Of a stretch of 36,240 nt of DNA, positions 24,252 through 33,352 are shown piece after piece. Under the pieces are notes generated by a model. It was not told where the DNA came from. It worked only from the letters and a program-made list of their open reading frames with translations, and made no database searches. The DNA is from an uncultured Myxococcales bacterium (GTDB taxonomy: Bacteria; Myxococcota_A; Polyangia; Nannocystales; Nannocystaceae): assembly GCA_965649595.1 (NCBI GenBank), contig CBFGLP010001568.1, positions 1-36,240 of the forward strand, given 5' to 3'. The position numbers were made by a program, and so were the translations under genes. Position 1 is the stretch's first letter. Each line of letters begins with the position of its first letter.

Positions 24252-26087
24252 TCAATCGACGATCGTCAGCGAGTCGGGGTACTCGATCTGCACGTACATC
24301 CCCTCGCCGAACTGCGTGCGATCGAACACCGCCTCGCTCCCGTCGCGCCAACGCACGACCAATTCCAGCTCCTCGCAGGGCATGTCGCCGAGGCCGAAGT
24401 GGAGCACCCGGGTGTCCTCGGAATTATAGGTACCTCGGCTCGACTTCTTCTCACGCGTGCGCAGGGTTTCTCCCGAGCGCAGCGTGACCCGGGTGCCGAT
24501 CCCGTCGCGATCGACGGCCTCGCCGTCGCCGACGATCCGCACCGCCAGCCAGCGATTGTCCTGGCCAATGTCGTTGCGAAACAGGAAGTTCGGCCGTCCG
24601 CCGCCCTGGTCGCGTCCACCGACGAGCAGGTCGAGGTCGCCGTCGTGATCGATGTCCGACCAGGCATGATTCTGCGCGCCCTTCATGCGCAGCAGCTCCT
24701 CGGCCGGATCGTTGATCCCGCTCGCAACGCCGAGGCTGGAGAAGCTGCCGTCCTCGCGCTGGTGCATGAGGCCGAACCAGCTCTTTTGCTCGGGGTCGGT
24801 GTAGCCCGACTCGTACTTGCGCTCGCGCGAGAGCGAGATGTCGAGCCGGCCGTCGTTGTCGAAGTCGATCAGCGCCGCGTCGACGTCACCCTCGTTGAAG
24901 GGCAGCCCGCGGGCGAGCCACTGGTTCGTGAACACGAAGCCTTGGCTCGCGCCGCCGTTGATCAGCAGCTGGCTCGGGTCCGACCACTTGCGGTCGTAGT
25001 CGCTGTCGACCGGGTGCGAGATGGTCGCTAGCAGCACGTCGAGGTCGCCGTCGTTGTCGACGTCGCCACAGTCGATACCGAACCCGTTGCTGCCGCGATA
25101 GACACCGAGCGGCGGATCCGGCTCGGGATCGACGCCATGGCCGGTGCTGGCCAGCCAATAGTTGCCGGTGACCTGATAAGCGAAGCCGAGCGCCTCTGCG
25201 TCGTTGACGAACAGCCCGCCGCCTTGATTGTGCCACAGCAGGTTGTGCCCGCCGCCGGTGCTGACCGAGTAGGTCGAGACGAACACGTCGAGCTGGCGGT
25301 CGTCGTCGAAGTCGCAGGTGACCGTGCCGTTGCTCGGTCGCTGCTGGTTGCCCTGCAAAGCGGCGCTGACGTCCTCGAAGCTGCCGTCGCCGAGGCCCCG
25401 GTAGAGCTTGTCGGTGACGGCCGCCGTGGTCCCGCCCATGCCGACGTAGAGATCGAGCAGCGCGTCGCCGTTGAAGTCGGCGAGCACCGCGTTGGCGGCC
25501 GTGGTCGGGGCTGCCTCGACGCCCGCGTCGGGCCGCTCGCTGAAGTGGCCTTCACCGTCGTTGAGCCAGATCGAGCTGGTGAAGGGGTAGCCGTCGAGAT
25601 CCTGGCCCGCGAACAGGTCTTGATCCCCGTCGTTGTCGAGGTCGGCGAACGCGAAGAAGCCCGCCTGCACGTCGCGGAGCCCCGACGCGTCCGACCAGTC
25701 CTCGAAGCTGCCGTCGCCGCGGTTGCGAAACACGAGGTGCTCGAAGGGCACGCCGTTTTGCGGGTTGGGGAACAGGCTGTGGGCGACGAGGTCGTCGAAG
25801 CCGTCGCCGTCGATGTCGGCGAAGGCCAGCCGGCTGTGGTCGTTGATCGCGGTGCCTGGGAGCGGGTCCTCGTAGAAGTTGTCGACCCGGATGCCGCTCT
25901 CGTCGGAGATGTCGGCGAAGAAGTCGGTGGTCGGGACGAGCGGAGGGCGTGGCTCGCAGGCTAGCGGGGTGCCGCCGGTCTCGCTCTCGCTCGTGTCGGT
26001 GCCGAGCTCGTCGGCTGCGTCGTCATCTTCGCTGGGAGCGACGCAAGCGAGCGGGAGCGCGAGGACGAGCGGCAGTCGAGAGCGCAT
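24252..26087 (-). CDS. CRTAC1-family lipoprotein (FG-GAP/VCBS repeats + ASPIC/UnbV domain)
   Basis: Start MRSRLPLVLALPLAC (lipobox). Seven DxDxDGxxD-type repeats (DIDGDGFDD, DLDNDGDQD, DFNGDALLD, DFDDDRQLD, DVDNDGDLD, DFDNDGRLD, DIDHDGDLD); C-terminal DGIGTRV...LHFGLG. Confidence 0.9.
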   Translation of the reverse strand: MRSRLPLVLALPLACVAPSEDDDAADELGTDTSESETGGTPLACEPRPPLVPTTDFFADISDESGIRVDNFYEDPLPGTAINDHSRLAFADIDGDGFDDLVAHSLFPNPQNGVPFEHLVFRNRGDGSFEDWSDASGLRDVQAGFFAFADLDNDGDQDLFAGQDLDGYPFTSSIWLNDGEGHFSERPDAGVEAAPTTAANAVLADFNGDALLDLYVGMGGTTAAVTDKLYRGLGDGSFEDVSAALQGNQQRPSNGTVTCDFDDDRQLDVFVSTYSVSTGGGHNLLWHNQGGGLFVNDAEALGFAYQVTGNYWLASTGHGVDPEPDPPLGVYRGSNGFGIDCGDVDNDGDLDVLLATISHPVDSDYDRKWSDPSQLLINGGASQGFVFTNQWLARGLPFNEGDVDAALIDFDNDGRLDISLSRERKYESGYTDPEQKSWFGLMHQREDGSFSSLGVASGINDPAEELLRMKGAQNHAWSDIDHDGDLDLLVGGRDQGGGRPNFLFRNDIGQDNRWLAVRIVGDGEAVDRDGIGTRVTLRSGETLRTREKKSSRGTYNSEDTRVLHFGLGDMPCEELELVVRWRDGSEAVFDRTQFGEGMYVQIEYPDSLTIVD

Positions 26088-26271
26088 GCGATAGCGTCGC
26101 GGAGGCGCGACGTGGGAGCAAGCGTCATGTCGAGTAGCGTGGTGAGGCTGTCGAGCTCGACTGTCTTTTGATCCGAAAAATGTAATCGATTCATAGTCCT
26201 TTGGGGTAGGTCTAATTCTTGCTTGAGATGTTGACCTGCTGGATCGACGTGCAGTAGGTTGGAGATGCGCC

Positions 26272-26844
26272 ATGACTGAAGTGGAAATGCAAGCCATCGC
26301 TCAAACCTGGACGCGCGCGGATATCGTGCGGATGCGCGACGGGTTCGTTGTCAACCCTCACCACGCTGAGGCGGGGTGGCCGCCTGGAAAGGCGTTGGAG
26401 CACGCATTCATTCGAGCTTTTTAGCTCGATGGGCTCCTCGTGCATTGGCCCTTTCGTGTCCGCGACGGGCGTCCTGGATCCGAGGTCGGCATCGAGCTCG
26501 AGCACGTCGATGGTGCCGTGTCAGATGGTACCACCCTCTTTCTGGTGGAGACCAAGCACTGGGGGGAGAATCTCGACATCGTTCCTATCGTGAAGCTCTT
26601 GGCTCAATTGAATCGGCGTCCTCCAGCCGTGCTGGGGATCGTGCTCTCGTGGCTGGACTTCACCGAGCCGGCGCTGGTGCTCGTTCGACGCCTGCCTCCC
26701 TATCGCGTCCTGCTGTGGTGGGGGAGCGAGCTCGTCTGGGCCGCGCGAGAGAGCGGACGCATGCGATCGCTCCTGGCCGCTAAGCTCGAGTCTGCGGCTC
26801 TGCACGCTGTCCCCGATCACTACGTTGGAGATTTCCCGCAATGA
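26272..26844 (+). pseudogene. PD-(D/E)XK restriction-endonuclease-like (Mrr-type) gene interrupted by an in-frame TAG
   Basis: GGAG RBS and ATG 26272. The frame reads ...GWPPGKALEHAFIRAF*LDGLLVHWPF...EHVDG...LVETK...SWLDFTEPA, with TAG at 26422-26424 (codon 51). The E-helix, D and ExK motifs span the stop. Confidence 0.7.
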
Positions 26845-27296
26845 ACACGTTCATCGTCACTCAATCGAGCCTCGACGCACACATTTTCCGCAAGCTGGTT
26901 CACCGAGATCTCGGTGAATCCGCGACTGTTCGGTATGTAACTGGCCGTGGTCAGAAACGCGCCACGGGGGCAGCTGGTCGAACGCTGCTATTGCAGCATT
27001 CTGACAGCTTCGTGGTCGTGATCTTGGACGGAGGGGACGGCGATCCTGCGTTCGAACGTCGCTGGTTGGCGACGGCACTGGACGAGATTGCTCCACCTTC
27101 GCGCTGGCGATCGTTCGTACTCTTCCCTTCGCTCGACGCAATCGTTCGCAGCGAGCTCCACGAGCCCCCCGACACTGACCTCGGCGCAACGATCGAACGC
27201 GCCTCCGCCGACCAGCTCCGAGCGCTCGCCGAGTCGCCGCAGCTCCAGCCGATCCTCGCGGCGATCCGCGAAGCCGTCGCCGCCGTCGCTGCCTGA
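26841..27296 (+). CDS. Hypothetical protein, degenerate TOPRIM-like fold, coupled to the nuclease gene
   Basis: ATGA overlap. FIVTQSSLD and VVVILDGGD resemble the TOPRIM hhhEGxxD and hhhDxD motifs with substitutions. Confidence 0.55.
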   Translation: MNTFIVTQSSLDAHIFRKLVHRDLGESATVRYVTGRGQKRATGAAGRTLLLQHSDSFVVVILDGGDGDPAFERRWLATALDEIAPPSRWRSFVLFPSLDAIVRSELHEPPDTDLGATIERASADQLRALAESPQLQPILAAIREAVAAVAA

Positions 27297-27299
27297 CCT

Positions 27300-28811
27300 T
27301 CAAGCCCCGAGCATCGCTGGTCGCCGCTCGATCCAGGGCTGCGCCTCCTCGAGCTGCCTCGACAAGCGCAACAACAGCCCTTCATCACCAACTCGCGCCG
27401 CGAATTGCAGCCCGATCGGCAGCCCATCCGCGGTCCAGCAGAGCGGCAACGAGATCGCAGGTTGCCCGGTCATGTTGAACAGCTGCGTGTTCGGGTTCGG
27501 TGCGAGCGGGTTCTCGGCCATCTTGTCGAGCAGGCTCAGCATGACCGCCTTGACCGGCATCGCTCGCACGGCTCGCATGGCCGCGCGCTCCCACGCGGCC
27601 GGCTCGAGCTCGCCGACCTTGACCGGCGGCTGAGCGACGGTCGGGGTGAGTAGGACGTCGTGATCCTCGAAGAACGCGGCGACGTCACGGACGCCACGGC
27701 GGATCACATCGACATTCTGGATGTACTCGCCCGCACCGATCGCCTCGCCGAGCAAGCGCATCATCCACGTGCGCAGCTCGAGCTCTTCGCCGCGTGCCTT
27801 GCGGCCAGCGTGGGCCTCGAGCTCGCGGACCGAGCCGGCCACGCCCGCGGCGACCATGATCAGATAGGCGCGGACCAGCGCGGGCTTGTCGAAGCGCGGG
27901 CAGGCTTCGACGACGCGGTGGCCGAGCTGCTCGCAGAGCTTGGCGCTTTGCTCGACCGCGCGGACGCACTCGGGGTGGGTGGTGTCACCGAACAGCGCCT
28001 TGCTGGTCCAGGCGATCCGCAGCGGAGGGAGCTCGTGCTCGAGCGCGTCGACGAAGCGGTGCGGCGGGCTCGCTGCGGTGTAGTAGTCGCCGAGCGCAGG
28101 GCCGGCGATGCAGTCGAGCGCGAGCGCGCAGTCGCGGACGCTGCGAGTTAGCACGTGCTCGACCACGAAGCCCTCCCAGTGGCCGGACGCGGGGGGCAGG
28201 GGCACTCGTCCGCGGGTGGGCTTGAGCCCGACCACTCCACAGTGGCTCGCGGGGATCCGGATCGATCCGCCCCCGTCACCACCGTGCGCGAGCGGGACCA
28301 TGCGCGCGCCGACGGCCGCCCCCGAGCCACCGCTGCTGCCGCCCGGTGTGTGCTCGGGGTTCCATGGATTTCGGGCGGGTCCGTGCAAGGCAGGCTCGGT
28401 CACGCCGAGGATGCCGAGCTCCGATGCGTTGGTGCGGCCGCATACGATCAGCCCGGCTTGCTTGAAGCGGCGGACCAGCTCGCCATCGTGACTCGCTTGG
28501 TTGTTGCGCAAGAAGCGGGTGCTGCTCGTGCAAGGCTGACCGACGTCCTCGGCCTTGAGGTCCTTGAGCAAGAAAGGCACGCCGAGCAGCGGCGGGGCGG
28601 GACGATCTTCGCGGAGCCGTCGTTCAACCTGCTCGGCCTCGGCCCGCGCACGCTCGGCGCTGCGATGGACCACCGCGTTGAGCTTCGCGTCGTGCTGCTC
28701 GATTCGGCGGAGCGCCTCGTCGACGACCTCCTTCGGGCCAAGCTCGCGGGTGCGGATCAGTCGCGCGAGCTCGGTCGCGTCGAAGTTGTCGTATTCGGCG
28801 ATCGGGGGCAT
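27300..28811 (-). CDS. Amidase (amidase-signature family)
   Basis: GVPFLLKDL, NPWNPEHTPGGSSGGS, GGDGGGSIRIPAS, GLKPTRGR, TGQPAISLP and GLPIGLQ; AGGAG RBS. Confidence 0.95.
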   Translation of the reverse strand: MPPIAEYDNFDATELARLIRTRELGPKEVVDEALRRIEQHDAKLNAVVHRSAERARAEAEQVERRLREDRPAPPLLGVPFLLKDLKAEDVGQPCTSSTRFLRNNQASHDGELVRRFKQAGLIVCGRTNASELGILGVTEPALHGPARNPWNPEHTPGGSSGGSGAAVGARMVPLAHGGDGGGSIRIPASHCGVVGLKPTRGRVPLPPASGHWEGFVVEHVLTRSVRDCALALDCIAGPALGDYYTAASPPHRFVDALEHELPPLRIAWTSKALFGDTTHPECVRAVEQSAKLCEQLGHRVVEACPRFDKPALVRAYLIMVAAGVAGSVRELEAHAGRKARGEELELRTWMMRLLGEAIGAGEYIQNVDVIRRGVRDVAAFFEDHDVLLTPTVAQPPVKVGELEPAAWERAAMRAVRAMPVKAVMLSLLDKMAENPLAPNPNTQLFNMTGQPAISLPLCWTADGLPIGLQFAARVGDEGLLLRLSRQLEEAQPWIERRPAMLGA

Positions 28812-28953
28812 CGCTCATCTCCTTACCCTTGCTGGGCCGGTGGGCAAAGCCCGCGCTCGGTTGGCCGTGCTCACGGCTGCCTCGGTGTCCCTGTGGGCTC
28901 ATTTCTCGGCGTGCCCGGGGCCCTGCGCGAACGAGCCGTGGTAGATCTCGGAC

Positions 28954-29607
28954 GTGAGCGTGGCCGGTGGGAGCGAGGCCGCCAAGCGAGCGCTTCGTCA
29001 GCGCCTGCTCGCGCAGCGTCGGGCGCTCGTCGACGAGGATCGGCTCGCGCGATCGCTGCAGCTGCAAGAGCACCTGCTCGCGGAGCCGCTCTGGGCTCGG
29101 GCGCGGGGGATCGCGGCCTTTGTCGGGGTCGGGGGCGAGCCGGACACGCGGCTCTTGCTCGAGCGCACGCTGGCGGCTTGCAAGCGGCTGTGGTTGCCGC
29201 GGGTGCTCGGTCGTGGGCAGATGCGCTTTTGGACCTGCGACGCGATCGAGCAGCTCGAGCGCAGCTCGTGGGGCCTGCTCGAGCCACCGGCGATCGGAGC
29301 CGGCCTCGCCGCGCCGGGGCCCGAGCACGGCGTGGATCTGGTGCTGGTACCGGGGCTCGGGTTCGGGACCGACGGCGCGCGGCTCGGCTTCGGTGCGGGC
29401 CACTACGATCGCGCGTTCGGGCAGCGTCGCAGCGCGGGTCTGCCAATGCCGATTCTCGTCGGTGTCTGCCTCGCGGAGTTTCTCCTGCCGAGCCCGCACG
29501 AGATCCCGATGCTGAGCCACGATCTACCGATGGACTTCGTCGTCAGCGAGCTCGGTATCGAGCGTTGTCATGTCGTGCGGCCGAACGATGGTGCACGAGC
29601 GAAATGA
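28954..29607 (+). CDS. ygfA: 5-formyltetrahydrofolate cyclo-ligase
   Basis: KRALRQRL, GEPDT, WGLLEP, DLVLVPGLGF..DGARLGFGAGHYDR and HDLPMD. Confidence 0.93.
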   Translation: MSVAGGSEAAKRALRQRLLAQRRALVDEDRLARSLQLQEHLLAEPLWARARGIAAFVGVGGEPDTRLLLERTLAACKRLWLPRVLGRGQMRFWTCDAIEQLERSSWGLLEPPAIGAGLAAPGPEHGVDLVLVPGLGFGTDGARLGFGAGHYDRAFGQRRSAGLPMPILVGVCLAEFLLPSPHEIPMLSHDLPMDFVVSELGIERCHVVRPNDGARAK

Positions 29608-29770
29608 CATTCCAAGGTCCGCGCATCGCTGCCGTGAAGGAGAGGGCGGGAGCGCGACTGCTGATCTCGGTAGCGATTAGGGCAGCACTGGGGCAGCAAA
29701 AGCCGCCAAGCGCGGCGACCCAAGTGGAGTCTGCGAGTGGAAAAGCGGTGATGCATCAGACGGGACGAGG

Positions 29771-31387
29771 TTGACTTCCCCGCCGCTCAGTGAATGCCTA
29801 GAACATTTGGAACCACTGGGCCCATATTCCCTAGTTCGTCGGCTGGCCTCGGGGGGCATGGCCGAGGTCTGGATGGCGCGCCGCTCGGCGATGGGGGCGA
29901 GCAAGACCGTGGCGGTCAAGCTGCTCGGCTCGAGCATGGCCGATAATCCATTGTTCCGACGCATGTTCATCGACGAGGTTCGGCTCTCGATGATGCTGAA
30001 TCACTCGAACCTCGTGCAGGTGTTCGACGTCGGCATCAACGACGGCCGCTTCTATCTAGTCATGGAGTGGGTCGACGGGCTCGACCTCGGGCGCCTCGCC
30101 GCATATATGCGCGACGCTGGCGAGCGGCTGTCGACCACGACGGTCGCCTACGTGGTCGGCGAGGTGCTCCGCGGGCTCGCGTACCTGCACGGGCTCGGAG
30201 CGAGGGATGAGCAGACGATCGTTCACCGCGACATCTCGCCCCAAAACGTGCTGGTCTCGGTCAGCGGCGAAGTGAAGATCGGCGACTTCGGTGTCGCGCG
30301 GATGTCGAACGAGGAGACCTCGGGGACGCACGTGCGAGGCAAGCTGCGCTACATGCCACCCGAGCAGATCCGCGGGGAATCGAAGCACCCCACGCTCGAT
30401 CTGTTCGCGGTCGGAGCCCTGCTGCAAGAGCTGCTCGACGGTGTGATCTTCCGAGGTGGGCTCGCGCGGGATCACCTCTTTGGTGCGGTCCTGGTCGGCG
30501 AGGTGCCGCCGGTGCTCCGCACCGACGTCCCCGAAGTGCTGCTGGAGCTACGGAACCGGCTCTTGGCCGCCGATCCGACCCTGCGCTTGCAGAGCGCTCG
30601 CGAGGCGCTCGAGCTGCTGCGAAGTTGGTCGGGTTATCGCGACGTCAGCGACGAGCTGGCCGAGGTGGTCCGCCGAGCGATCGCAGTCGTCGGCGCTGGC
30701 GCTCGCGATGGCACGCACGACGACGTGACGGTGCCCGAGCCGCGGCCGAACCCCGCTGGCGACCCGAGCTCGCGCGGGCACGATGCGAGCTCGGGCAGCA
30801 CGCCCACGCTGCATACCGGGCTCGACCGCACGAAGCTTCGGGCCGTCGCCAAGCGTCGCGCGGTGTGGGCTCAGCGACTCGCCGTGCTCGCGGTCAGCGG
30901 GCTGCTCGGCTTCGGCGGCGCATGGGTCAGCGGCCTCAGCGAGGCGGCGAGCCCGGTGTGGTCGATGCAGCCGCTCCAGGTCGTTCACGAGCGCTCGGCC
31001 AGGGCGAGCGACGAGGTGCCGACGAGCGAGCGACAGGTGCCGAGCCCCGAGATCGCAGAGCCACCCCCACTGGTCGTGATTGGACCCGCGCCGGCGTCGG
31101 GCGGCTCTGACGAGCCCACACCACACAAGCCCAAGCGGACCCCGAGTCGGGTTGCGTTCTCGGCGGGGCCATACGTGTTTGCCTGGATCCGGGTCAATGG
31201 TCGCGAGCTCGCCCTGACCCCCCGCGCAGAGCTCGAGCTACCGCCGGGCAGCCATACCGTGCAACTGCGCGCTCGCAGGGATCAACCCTGGATTCGGGCG
31301 GGACGGATCCGCGTCGAGGCAGGCAAGCGCTACCGGATCAAGCTCGATAAGCCCGCCGGGCTCGTCGTGCAAGCGGTGAGCGACTAG
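29771..31387 (+). CDS. Membrane Ser/Thr protein kinase with C-terminal beta-rich (PEGA-like) domain
   Basis: LASGGMAEV, VAVK, HRDISPQN, DFG and GKLRYMPPE; a TM helix; a C-terminal beta domain. The start may be TTG 29807 by alignment to the paralog. Confidence 0.93.
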   Translation: MTSPPLSECLEHLEPLGPYSLVRRLASGGMAEVWMARRSAMGASKTVAVKLLGSSMADNPLFRRMFIDEVRLSMMLNHSNLVQVFDVGINDGRFYLVMEWVDGLDLGRLAAYMRDAGERLSTTTVAYVVGEVLRGLAYLHGLGARDEQTIVHRDISPQNVLVSVSGEVKIGDFGVARMSNEETSGTHVRGKLRYMPPEQIRGESKHPTLDLFAVGALLQELLDGVIFRGGLARDHLFGAVLVGEVPPVLRTDVPEVLLELRNRLLAADPTLRLQSAREALELLRSWSGYRDVSDELAEVVRRAIAVVGAGARDGTHDDVTVPEPRPNPAGDPSSRGHDASSGSTPTLHTGLDRTKLRAVAKRRAVWAQRLAVLAVSGLLGFGGAWVSGLSEAASPVWSMQPLQVVHERSARASDEVPTSERQVPSPEIAEPPPLVVIGPAPASGGSDEPTPHKPKRTPSRVAFSAGPYVFAWIRVNGRELALTPRAELELPPGSHTVQLRARRDQPWIRAGRIRVEAGKRYRIKLDKPAGLVVQAVSD

Positions 31388-31863
31388 CAAGCTTCGAGGC
31401 ATTGCTCGTCGGCGCAGGTGAGCAAGGGTGGCAGCTCGGGCACGTCGGAGGGCTTGGGTCCGCACTCGGACTTGCAATTGTTGCTGGATCCGCCCGCGAG
31501 CAGGCACGCTGCCAGGCACATGCACTCCTCGACCGAGGCGCACAGCTCGAGCGCGAGGCAGCATGCGTCCGCGAGGCAGCCGCCACACGCGACCGTCAGC
31601 TCGGCTGGTTGCTCGCAGCTCGGGCCCTCGTCGGCCGACTCTTGCTCCGCCGAGTCGTCGGTCGGGTCATCGTCGAGATCGGGCGGGAGATCGTCGGGGT
31701 TCTCGTCGGAGTCGCCGTCGTCGGATTCTCCATCATCGGACTCGCCGTCATCGGCCAATTCTGCGACCAGCGGGTTGGGCTTCATGCACCCGAGACCAAT
31801 CTGCGCGAACACGAGCGCGATCACCATGGATCGGATTCCGCAGCTTTGGTGAAAGTCGAACAT
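31384..31863 (-). CDS. Cys-rich acidic lipoprotein
   Basis: MVIALVFAQIGLGC lipobox, DDGES-DDGES-DDGDS repeats, and a C-terminal domain with 14 Cys. Start at 31863 or 31827. Confidence 0.7.
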   Translation of the reverse strand: MFDFHQSCGIRSMVIALVFAQIGLGCMKPNPLVAELADDGESDDGESDDGDSDENPDDLPPDLDDDPTDDSAEQESADEGPSCEQPAELTVACGGCLADACCLALELCASVEECMCLAACLLAGGSSNNCKSECGPKPSDVPELPPLLTCADEQCLEAC

Positions 31864-31874
31864 TTCGTGAGATC

Positions 31875-32963
31875 TCAGAATTGCAGCGTGGCTCCGATCC
31901 ACGTGACCCGAGCCGAGCGCCGCGCCCGAGCTTCGTCGAAGATCAGCAAGCTCGCGCCAGTGAGCAACGCCGCTGCGCCCGCTGTCACGAGCACGATGCC
32001 TGCGGTGCGGGTGTCGTATAGCTCGGGGCAAGCCTCGATGTCGTGGGGATCGACTCCTCCGGGGCACTTGCTGTCGATCGCCCAAAGTGTCGACCCGGCG
32101 ATCAGCCCGGCGCTGCCACTGCCGAGCAAGGCGAGCTCGGCCCAGCGTGGCATCACGCGCTTGCTCGGTTTCGAGCTGTGGTCCGGCGTGTCGGCGCCTG
32201 GCATGCCGGGCTCCGCGGGCAAGCGAGGCGGCGGAGCCTCGGTCGGTGGATAACTGAGCGTGATGCCGGCCTCGTCGAGCTCGAGGGTCGCGCGTAGGGG
32301 GTCGTGAGCCGCATCTTCGCTGGCGATCCAGACACGATGGCGACCGAGCAAGAGCGTCGCCTCGATCACGGGCTGGTCGTCGTCCGCCAGCGGGCGCTCG
32401 TCGACGTAGGCTCGACAAGCGACCGCACATTCGATCCGCAGTGATGCGGTCCCAATTTCGCGCAGGGCCGCGCGACGTTGCTCGTAGAGCTGCGTCAGCG
32501 AGGGGCCCATCCCCGCGGTTGGGAGGGTCGGATCGGCCAGCTCGCGCAAGGCCGCGTCCATGCTCTCTGCGGCCCCGATCTCGTCTCCGCGCGCGAGCTT
32601 GGCCCGAGCCAAGGTGAGCTGGGCGAGCGTGCGGCGTGCCAGCGCGTCGGGATCGGCCGCGAGCAGCGGCGCGAATTGATGAAGAGCGGCGAGCGCCCGG
32701 CTCAGCGCGACGATGCCCGGCTCCGGATCGGTGTTTGCGAGCACCGTGGCCTCCTCGAGGGCCACGAGCGCGCGCTGGTAGGCATCCCCTTCAGGTTTGG
32801 CCGGTGCCTCTCGATCCTCGGAGGGTCGCTCTGTCGAGGCGAGATACATACCCACATTCGGCACACGATTCACAATGCTCGGGTACCCGAATGGCACGAA
32901 TTGAAATCCGTACAGATGGGCAGTGATTGTGCCGAGCAGGGGTAATGTGGAGCCGATACCCAT
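31875..32963 (-). CDS. Hypothetical membrane protein (helical/TPR-like region, PEGA-like beta domain, C-terminal hydrophobic hairpin)
   Basis: Ala/Leu-rich helices, LRIECAVACRAYVDE...LLLGRHRVWI, a Pro-rich linker, and two hydrophobic segments flanking a Cys pair. Start uncertain. Confidence 0.65.
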   Translation of the reverse strand: MGIGSTLPLLGTITAHLYGFQFVPFGYPSIVNRVPNVGMYLASTERPSEDREAPAKPEGDAYQRALVALEEATVLANTDPEPGIVALSRALAALHQFAPLLAADPDALARRTLAQLTLARAKLARGDEIGAAESMDAALRELADPTLPTAGMGPSLTQLYEQRRAALREIGTASLRIECAVACRAYVDERPLADDDQPVIEATLLLGRHRVWIASEDAAHDPLRATLELDEAGITLSYPPTEAPPPRLPAEPGMPGADTPDHSSKPSKRVMPRWAELALLGSGSAGLIAGSTLWAIDSKCPGGVDPHDIEACPELYDTRTAGIVLVTAGAAALLTGASLLIFDEARARRSARVTWIGATLQF

Positions 32964-33352
32964 GTGGATTTTTGACGCTGTCGACGTGACCTCCTGCCGC
33001 GCCGTTCCAGGAGTGTCGACTACGCTTCGCTAGGGTTCAGAAATGTCGCGGTCAGGTCGCTCAGTTGCAGAACAGCGTATATCCACTGAAAGTGCGACGC
33101 CTGATGCGCGCGTCGAGATCGTGCTCACGGCTGGAGAATCCTTCAGTCCTGAAACCCATGGTACCAAATCGAAACGATCGGTGCGTTAGCTAGATGACGG
33201 TCAGACCAATGTTGAGAGTGGGGCGCTACAAAGCTGCTTGACTTTGTGGTCAATCCGTTCAATGCATCATATCGGGTCTGGCGAACGACGAGTGTCGTAA
33301 GCGCTACGTCTACACTGTATGCCCCAGCCGCATCGCGGCCGGTGAGGTCAGG

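Noticed and set aside
26422-26424. Pyrrolysine or programmed amber read-through
   Set aside because: There are no pyl genes in the window and TAG terminates other genes here; a point mutation or sequencing error is simpler.
28812-28953. 6S RNA (ssrS), often found upstream of ygfA
   Set aside because: The spacer is only 142 bp, is shared with a divergent gene, and shows no recognisable long 6S hairpin.
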